Below, piece by piece: positions 1-8,000 of a stretch of DNA of 42,594 nt. The stretch is from Chlamydiota bacterium. Its GTDB lineage: Bacteria; Chlamydiota; Chlamydiia; Chlamydiales; JAJFMA01. The notes under the pieces were generated by a model, which was not told the DNA's origin, ran no database searches, and saw nothing but the letters and a program-made list of their open reading frames with translations. The stretch is taken from contig JAJFMA010000074.1 in the NCBI GenBank assembly GCA_021772415.1, forward strand, positions 1 through 42,594. The letters are read 5' to 3'. A program made the translations under genes and the position numbers. Within the stretch, counting starts at the first letter, position 1. Each line of letters starts with the position of its first letter.

Positions 1-498
1 ATCGTAGTGAGCCGAGATGAACTCGCCGTCATTTAGGGTGAACGGACCGAAGGTCAACTCAATTGAGTGCGGTCCAAAGGCCAAGTTGGTTTCGACCAGT
101 GTGTTGCCAAATACGGCCACGACATCTGTGATTTCTCCGGCCATACCGACCCAATCTAGATCTTCTAGCGTAATGACAAACTCTGGGAACGACAGTTGGC
201 TACCAAAGTTGTTTTCGACGTCAATCCACAGGGAGTCTCCATCGAGATCTGCAGTGATAAGCAGCGCATCGCCAGAGAAATGAGTCGTGAACTCGACTCC
301 TGGGTCAACAACAGTTTCTGTGACGGCAGCGGATCCTGACGCCACGTCGAAAAAGTTTGTGGTGGGATTACCATCAAATTTGAGGGTACCATCAACCTGG
401 TCTCCGATGAGACTCGCGTTGGCGGAACTGAATGTAAGGCCGAAGCCCACGGTAGCAGCAACGATAGCTGCTGAAACAGCAATTTTAAAACTAATCAT
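1..498 (-). CDS. Exported protein of unknown function; 3' end cut by the window edge; absent from the supplied ORF track
   Basis: A minus-strand ATG at 498-496 opens a frame with no stop down to position 1 (166 codons): MISFKIAVSAAIVAATVGFGLTFSSANA/SLIGDQVDGTLKFDGNPTTNFFDVASG... The N-terminus is a classic Sec signal peptide, with a basic n-region, a hydrophobic core and an A-N-A cleavage motif. The three shorter track ORFs in 17-502 look like shadows of this frame. An AT-rich promoter-like region lies directly upstream (500-660). Confidence 0.7.
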   Translation of the reverse strand, partial: MISFKIAVSAAIVAATVGFGLTFSSANASLIGDQVDGTLKFDGNPTTNFFDVASGSAAVTETVVDPGVEFTTHFSGDALLITADLDGDSLWIDVENNFGSQLSFPEFVITLEDLDWVGMAGEITDVVAVFGNTLVETNLAFGPHSIELTFGPFTLNDGEFISAHYD

Positions 499-705
499 TT
501 AAAACCTCGCACACTAAAAACAAAATACTTCCACAACATCATATTAATAAACAAAGTATTAATTAATCAATTACTAAATTAAAGTTATTTTATTGCTATT
601 ATTTAAAATACTGGTCCTTAGTATGTTGTGGAGGCAACTTTTTTTTACTAGTAAAAGGGTTTAACGCAAAGAAAGCTCATCCAACGGTGTTCGTTAAAGA
701 GGAGG

Positions 706-882
706 AACCACGGAGGCCATGGAGGTAGGAAGGAGGGCATGGAGATGAGTTTTAGGGATCTTGGAGATTAGCCTCCATCTGATTTTAGTGGATTATGTCT
801 TTGATACCACGTGAGATGTGCAAGATTTAGTGACGGCAGCTTCCTCCATGACCTTCTCTCTACCTCCATGGCCTCCGTGGTT
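706..882. repeat. Large inverted repeat built from CATGGAG/CTCCATG units. Perfect 23-bp arms at 706-728 and 860-882 are separated by 131 nt.
   Basis: AACCACGGAGGCCATGGAGGTAG (706-728) is the exact reverse complement of 860-882. The arms extend inward imperfectly to about 746 and 842. The repeat lies just past the stop (941) of the last minus-strand gene of the T3SS block, so it may be an operon-end structure. Confidence 0.8.
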
Positions 883-940
883 TCTTTTCTTTGGAGGAGT
901 CAGAACCTACGTGTGGTATGGGAATGGGGGCTAGACGAGG

Positions 941-2089
941 TTAGAACGAGTGCTCGAACATCAGAACGGGAAAGAGCTTGTGTTCACACAGGAGGTCACG
1001 GCCGTGCGACTCCCAGAGACGTTCGTTGTGGTATTTTGCCGCTAGGCCTGCTCCGTTGATACCTCCGAAGTACCACCCTGCTTCTAGGGAGGTGAGGAGT
1101 ATTCCGGAGGCGATATGGCCACGATTAAAGAGTTGGACGGCGGCGATGGTAGTGAGGGTATTGAGGAGAAAGGACGTCATTGCTGTTTTACGCTGTCCGA
1201 CATAGGCATATCCCGCGCCAGGAAGTAACGCGTTGAGTGTTTGCGCCTTACGAGGGGACTTGGCGCAGCAGCAGTAGGCGTCTAAATGTGGCATAAGTGT
1301 TTCACAGTCACGGTGCTCATAGGCGAGCATCTGTGCGTAGCCTACCTCCCCTTCGGTAATTGAGCGAGATAAGTCTAAATCCATCGCTGTCTCTTCGGAG
1401 TGGCGATGAATCAATGCGTGTAGGGCTTCGGCGCGCTCGTATCCGCAGTCTTGGAGGTAGGCGTCATGCAGGAGGATCATCAAGTCGCCGAAGGCGGGGA
1501 ATGTGGGATCTGCTTGGACAAGGTCGCTGCACTCGAACGTTTCGATGGCCTCTTGGTACTTAGCACCTAGGTAGTAGGCGAGCACAATACCATATTGAAT
1601 CTGTAGTTCACGCTCAGAGTGACCTGGAGGCAGCAAAAACAGTGCGCGCTTGTAGCTGGTGATCGCACGGTATAGATCTAAGTCACGCGCAAAGCGCTGG
1701 GCGATACGTAGCTCACGCCCCCATTCCTGCGCTAGCTCCTCGTCGGTAATAGGGGGGAACGGGGAGGGTAGGCACGAAATATGACGCTGCTGCGGCGTGT
1801 AGCGCAGGCACGGCTCAATGATGTAGCTGTTTGGCTGGCATCCCGTGAGAACAAGCACTATTGCGATTAGGCCACATAAGTACCTAGTCGCAATCGCAGC
1901 CCGTGCCCCAGTCGTCGGCGTAGCCTGGGAGGTAGCAGCTGTCCTCGCAGCGCTCGTTGATGCGTGGGAGGTTGAGGAATTCGAGTCCCTCGTCGACCTC
2001 GTATTTCCATCGCGGCTTGCGGCGGTTTGTGTCTTTGTATTGGTTTTGATTGCGCTGAGTGACGGCATCGAAATCCCACTCTGTTTCAA
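941..2089 (-). CDS. Lipoprotein with TPR-like helical repeats and a C-terminal hydrophobic region, immediately downstream of the secretin gene. Maximal ORF coordinates are given; the true start is unresolved.
   Basis: A signal peptide and lipobox, ATRYLCGLIAIVLVLTG/C, sit at codons 67-84 of the maximal ORF. This segment begins exactly where cdsC ends (stop at 1886-1884). The rest is helical and repeat-like (YRAITSYKRALFLL, YGIVLAYYLGAKYQEAIETFE), followed by two hydrophobic stretches near the C-terminus (TAMTSFLLNTLTTIAAVQLF, ASGILLTSLEAGWYFGGINGAGLAA). The only in-frame ATG (2089) lies 206 nt inside cdsC. Confidence 0.75.
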   Translation of the reverse strand: MKQSGISMPSLSAIKTNTKTQTAASRDGNTRSTRDSNSSTSHASTSAARTAATSQATPTTGARAAIATRYLCGLIAIVLVLTGCQPNSYIIEPCLRYTPQQRHISCLPSPFPPITDEELAQEWGRELRIAQRFARDLDLYRAITSYKRALFLLPPGHSERELQIQYGIVLAYYLGAKYQEAIETFECSDLVQADPTFPAFGDLMILLHDAYLQDCGYERAEALHALIHRHSEETAMDLDLSRSITEGEVGYAQMLAYEHRDCETLMPHLDAYCCCAKSPRKAQTLNALLPGAGYAYVGQRKTAMTSFLLNTLTTIAAVQLFNRGHIASGILLTSLEAGWYFGGINGAGLAAKYHNERLWESHGRDLLCEHKLFPVLMFEHSF

Positions 2090-5000
2090 TAATCTGAGGA
2101 CGGATGAAGATCATAAGGTTACGTTTGCTTAACGTCGTGTTGCGCCTGCTGTTGGCGGCTCCAATGATAGGAATGCCTCCGAGACAAGGCAGCTGCCAAC
2201 GTGTTCTCTGTTTTTCCTCGCGGACCATTCCACTTAAGATCACAAAGAAGCCGTTGGGAACATGCACTTTAGTGATAGTGCGACTCGTCTTAGTGGTGGG
2301 GCCCGGGTTTGATACGACACCGGTACCACCACCACCGCCACCACCGCCACCGCCACCACTGGAAGCGGAGACGTCTTGGCTCACTTCTTGTTCAATCTCA
2401 AGGGTAATCACGTTGTTGGTGCCAATCTGTGGACGCACACGTAATAGGGTACCGATGTCGCGGTATTCCACGTTTTGACTGATGATTTCACCCGAGTCAT
2501 TGACGGTGTTTTGCGTTTGGTAGGCGGTGTTCTCCCCAACAAAAATCTCAGCTTCGTGGTTGTCTTCAACGATAATTTTTGGGTTGATGATAACTTCGCC
2601 TTCCACATCAGTGTGTAGCGCGCGCACTAAGGCTCCCATGGTGTTGAAGAAGTTGCCATTTTTAAGTACGCGGCGGCCGATCACCCCAAGGTTGAAGCCT
2701 GGGATAGAGGCACCTGCGAGCGACGACGCATCGATCAGTGCCTGCGTTAAGGCGCCCGTTGTCGAATCCGTTGTGACACCAGAAGCGGCTGTGTCTACTG
2801 CACCAAGAAGAGGGGTCGACTGACCAGGTAAGGGCGTTGCTCCGGACCAGCCTTGAGCACCTCCAACGTTGACACCGCTGAATTCGGACGTCCACTCCAC
2901 GGAGTAGTCGAGAGAGTCGCTGATGGTAGTATCAAGGACAAGCATCTCTAAAAAGACTTGGCGCAAGGGTGTGTCGATCTCTTCGACAAGCTCTTTGACA
3001 CGTCCTAGTGACTCAGGAGTGCCGGTGACCACTAGGGAGTTAGACGACTCAATCCATTGGATGCTGTTAATGGCGTTGATGAGGTCGATGTTCGCCTTCT
3101 CACTAAGACGCAAGCTGTCGGAGATACGGTAAAGGGCGTCAGTAAGCTGATCCCCTTTGCGGTAACGTAGCTTGTGGATGAAGAACTTGGTCTGCGAGAT
3201 GTCGTCATCAGCAAGGGGCTCTTCATAGCGCTGACGATCTTCGTCGGCATAGCGGTCACGATCGCGATCACTGTCACGGTCGTCGAAGAGGTCATCTTCA
3301 TCGCGTTGGCTACCCTCACGATCACGCTCTTCACGCAGACGACGCTCTTCTTCGATCTCTTCAGGAGTGAGATTCTTTATTTTGTCTTCGTCCTCTTCGA
3401 AAAATTCGCTGTCGTCCTTTTGGCGTACTAGGTGTGCTCCGCCCTCGCTTAGCTCATCGAGGGTCATGATGTTTGTTTGGCCTTCCAGAGCGTCCAGGCG
3501 CTGGAGGATGGCTAATGAGCGTTTAACCAGTAGTGGGCTGGAAACAACAAAGACACTGTTAGTCGCCAGGTGCGGGACAAAGACTAGATTCTGCCCTTCG
3601 GCGATCGGACGTACAATCTCTTCAGCTAGCGGAATAAGGTTCTCGATGAAGTTGTTGAGCCCTACATACTGACCAATTTCGAAGGTCGTCGCAGGAAGGT
3701 CCAAGGTCTTGATCAGGTCCGCGATTTTTTCGACGTTGCCAGCAAGATCCGTGACGAGCAGGTTTTTGGTGTCTGGAAGCACCTGTACTAAAGCTTGTCC
3801 CGAAAGCATGGGCTCAACGATAGCGCGCAATTTCTCTGGGTCGACGGCGTCAAGCTGGAAGACGCGGGTGATTAGGCGTGTTTGGCTGTCTTGCTTGATA
3901 TCATCAGTGACGATTTTCGCAGGAGATCTGGCGGCGCTCTTGTGGATGATGATGTTGTTGCCCTGCTCAAGAACGGAGAGTCCGTGAATGCGCAGCTCTT
4001 GGAGCAAGGCAGCCATGATGTTGTCGACTGTCGTAGGCTCATCGGAGATGACTGTGATGGAGAAGTCGAGCTCCTCTTCGTTGAAGATGAAGTTCTGACC
4101 GGTTAACCCACTTACAAAGCGAATGTACTCAGTGATGGGTACATCGCGGAAATTGATGGTGAAGCCTGGGTCCTCTTCTTCTTCGTCTTCCTCGACAACA
4201 ACTTCGTCGACGACAGCTTCACGTCGTGTAGCAGGGGCTCCGCTTTCAAAGAGCGTTTCTTGGGCGACTTGAAGGTTTGATCGTGGGGCAAGGTCTCTAG
4301 TCGACTGGAAGGGGTCTAGTCCCGCCTTTAGCCCTTGCTGCCCTTTGGCAGTAAGCGTGTGGTCACCTGGCGTGCCTGACTCTTGCGCTGCTGCGTCTGC
4401 TTGCTCACTAGGCGCGGCTTCGGAAAAATAGGCCTCGGAATAGGACGTAACGTAGTCTTCACCTTCGTCAAGGACCTCTTCGAACTCTTCCGCGAACTCT
4501 TCTTCGTACCTTGACGATTTCGAGCGATTTTTTTTTTGAAGAGAACTATTTAGTTCCCTTTCGGCGGTTTCGGTGTTCTCACTTTGCGGTGAGTACTCAC
4601 TCCAAGTATAACCGGGCGGGGAACCGCTATTGGGAGATTCTTCGTAGCTATACGATACCGCTTCCTCGGAGCTTGGATTATCGAGCCAGGGCCCTTCGTC
4701 ACTCCATAGGAACCCTTCACGGCGTACGCCTAAAGTCATAGGCTTTTCAAGACCGGCATCGGGATACGCTTGGGTCTGTTGCTCAGAGCTCCAAGAATCT
4801 GTGCGGCTCTCCTCATCCCAATCACTAGATTGGTGGTGGTGCCTGGAGGAGGCTCCTACAGAGTAGAAGGCTGAGTCTTCAGAAGAGGCGCCCACTTCTT
4901 CGAAAGTGTCGGCATGGGCAAGACCTATTAAGAAAGACTCGGGCATCTTCACATCTGGAGCATTTGACGACTCCCGGCGCACACGTCCAAGAAGCTGGTG

Positions 5001-8000
5001 CATTGAAGGCAGCTCTTCAGTAGGTGCGGACGGGAAGACTTCGACAGAAAAACGCTCACGTGCGTCGTCGGCAGGGCGATGGAGTCCGGAGCCTTTTTTA
5101 GGAGTCGCCTTCCCAACATTGACTTTGGGAGTCGCTTTGTCGGTGACGTGGACGACCTTGTAGTATTTGTTGTCGCGTTCTCCAATGCTTGAGCGCTCTT
5201 GAGAGCGGGCAATGACGTCGGCCATATCAGCGAGGCTGACGTCGCGAAGGTCTACAGAGGCTTCAATTTTTTGTGCTTCCGGCACACGTCGCTTGTCTAC
5301 ACCCCAAGCTTCTCCGAGGCTAGGCTGGAAATCAAGATCGCTACGGGACGTATCGTCTCCGCGAACTTGAAGGCCTATGGCATCTTTACCATGAAGGTTT
5401 ACAGCTTCATCGACCCATGGAGCACTTGTGGTGGTGCCGGGGGGCGCCGTCACCATCCCACTGACACCTAAATGATCATTGGTGGTGTTTAGCTGAGGGC
5501 TTGCGTAAGGGGTGACATGGTAGCTTCCGTCACGCACCGCTTTGACGATGTGTGTGCTCTCCTGGGCAGGCGCATTGTGGCGCACTCCAGTGTGTCCTGA
5601 AGGGATGTCTAAGCCTCCGGGTACTTTGACACCATCAGCAGTGACGAGCTGAGAGCCCATGCCTGGAGAAGGGTCTAAGCGCTGGGCGGGGTGGCTGTTT
5701 CTTTTTAGATGGTCCCCAGGCTGTGTAGACGCTGTAAGTTGCTTGAGCTGGCTGTAGTCAAAGCCGGGCTTTTGGGTTTCCCCAGCGACATACGATGAAT
5801 CTTTGTGGCGCTCTGCACATACGGGAGGGCGCAAAGGCTCGGAACCGGCTTTATGATGGGGGAGGCTCTTCGCTAGTTGGGAGCTCTCTTCACTTGCGGT
5901 AAGTAGTGCCGTTGCTGCTGTGTTGCCCTGAGTTGTGGCGTGAAGTTGGGCAGATGCGCGTTTTAGTGATGTGTCGGAGCTGTTATGGCTTTGACCCAGC
6001 TTGTGGCGTCGCGTGTTATGGGTCGGGATACCCTTATCGGCAATGTCGTTGGCGTTGTGAGCCAAACCTGGGTTTTCGAGACCTAGAGCATGAGCGGACT
6101 CGGAATCGACCAAGGCGGGTTCTGCGACACTAGGCTGTGCGCTAGCGGCGAGCTGCTTAGTGCTGTTGCCGGCAGAGCTGTGAGGCGTCTGGTTGATAAA
6201 ACCTGAATGAGTTTGTAGCAGCGGAGGCAAGGACGCATGCTGATGGCTTTGCCCGCGCACGGGATGTGTCGTCAGATATGGCTGGATAGCCTCTCCAACT
6301 AGTTCCGACGCCGATGACGAGCTATTGGGGTGCATGGCAACCGGGTAGTCCCGAGAAACATGCTTTGGGGCTGAGCTCGTCGCAAGAGTTTCTCTAGGGG
6401 CTAGCTGTTGGCCAAGGCTTTTGCTAGCGGGCACAGCGTCTTGACGTAAGGTCTCCGAGGCAGCAAGAAGGTTCCTTTTGTCGCTCGCAAGAGTTGGAAC
6501 ATTTTCGCTTTTGGCCGAGAGCGCCGCAGCATCCATGGACTTGGGCGGCAAACCGGGTGCGCTGTGGGTGCTCGCTACAATATGATCAGGGTAATCGAGA
6601 TAGTGTCGCTTTAATGGATCCGTTTCTGAGGTCACCTGGTTTGAGAGACCACTCAGAAGCGCTTGCTCAGCAATAGACTTTACTTGACGCTCGGTCAAAG
6701 TAGGTGTGCGTCGTCTTTCTACAGCCGCAGTGGCATGCTGAGTTGCGAGGGTTTCGGCTATCGGAGCTTGCTCTACAGTCGGTTCGGGTATAGACGCTTG
6801 CGCTACAAGTGGCTCGGATACAGGGATCTCGGTGGTGACAGTGTCGAGGGTGTAAATGTGTCTACTGGAAGGGTGCTCGATGTCGATGAGCTCGTCGAAG
6901 TAGGTCCACGGCTCACGTGAAGATCTGGAGTGAGCTATTTGTGTGCTAGCTGTATCGGGAGCGTCATTGATTGCTAGCGGTTCAGAATTGATGATTCCTT
7001 CGCCAGCAAGGCCGTCGGCAATGACCGAGTCCCATGATTGCCATGTACTAGTATTCGCGCTTGGCTGTGTGGAACTTCTACGAGGATGCAGTCCTGCCTT
7101 TTCTTGTGTTAGGCCCCAAAATACTAGAGGTGCCAGAGTATCGATTCCAGTGGATGGAGCCTGAGCAACTACAGCATGAGAAGGCTCTATAGCGCTGCTG
7201 AATCCAGGATCTGTCAAAGTCGTTTTTGTGCCGAAGCCCGAGAGATGCTGGATGTCTTCAAGGCGGTCGTGTCCTGTGCCATCGAATGCTGCGCGCGCTA
7301 TAGTCGGGTGGTCTGGCGTAAGCATGGGCTGTGAAGGACCGCACTCGCCGGCACAACGGCCTCGCTGCTTGAGGTGGAGGCCAAACGTAGGTGACGGCGC
7401 TGTGATGAGCTCGTCAGCGGGCTTTTTCACCCCTTGCGTGGCATGTACAAGAGTGTCTTGAACAAGTGGATGGTCGAGGTGGTCGACGTTAGAGGCGTAT
7501 GTGGTGGCTTCTTCAAGTTTGATGGTGCGTCCCATCGCAATGGCATCAGCACCTTCTGGAGCACTGTGGCGATAGAGCGATTCTTCGTTAGCAGCCAAGC
7601 TATAAGCTTGGTTTTCTGAAGGAGCGCTTATAGAGCATCCATCGCACGCTGCAACAGGAACTGTTGTAAAGCCGCGTAGACCGTGCATGACATCATAGTT
7701 GCCGGTCTCAAAAGTTTTGCAGGCTCCAGGCTCACAATCGGCATACATCCCACCGGCGGTATCGCTGATGTCGCAGTTTGCACAAAGTAATGCCGGAACG
7801 TCGGTGAGGTGTAGTGCTTTTGCGTCGTGACCTAAGACCGTTGTTTCGGAAACCCCATTTCCATGAGCCAACATCTGGCTCAAGCTTAAGTTCGCGAGCT
7901 GTTTGCCCTCACAGCCGTGTCCTACACATGTCCCAACGTCTTGGCTATAGGCAAGTGGTGGAACAGGGGCACGGTGTTTTTCAACGGGTGGGGCAACGTC

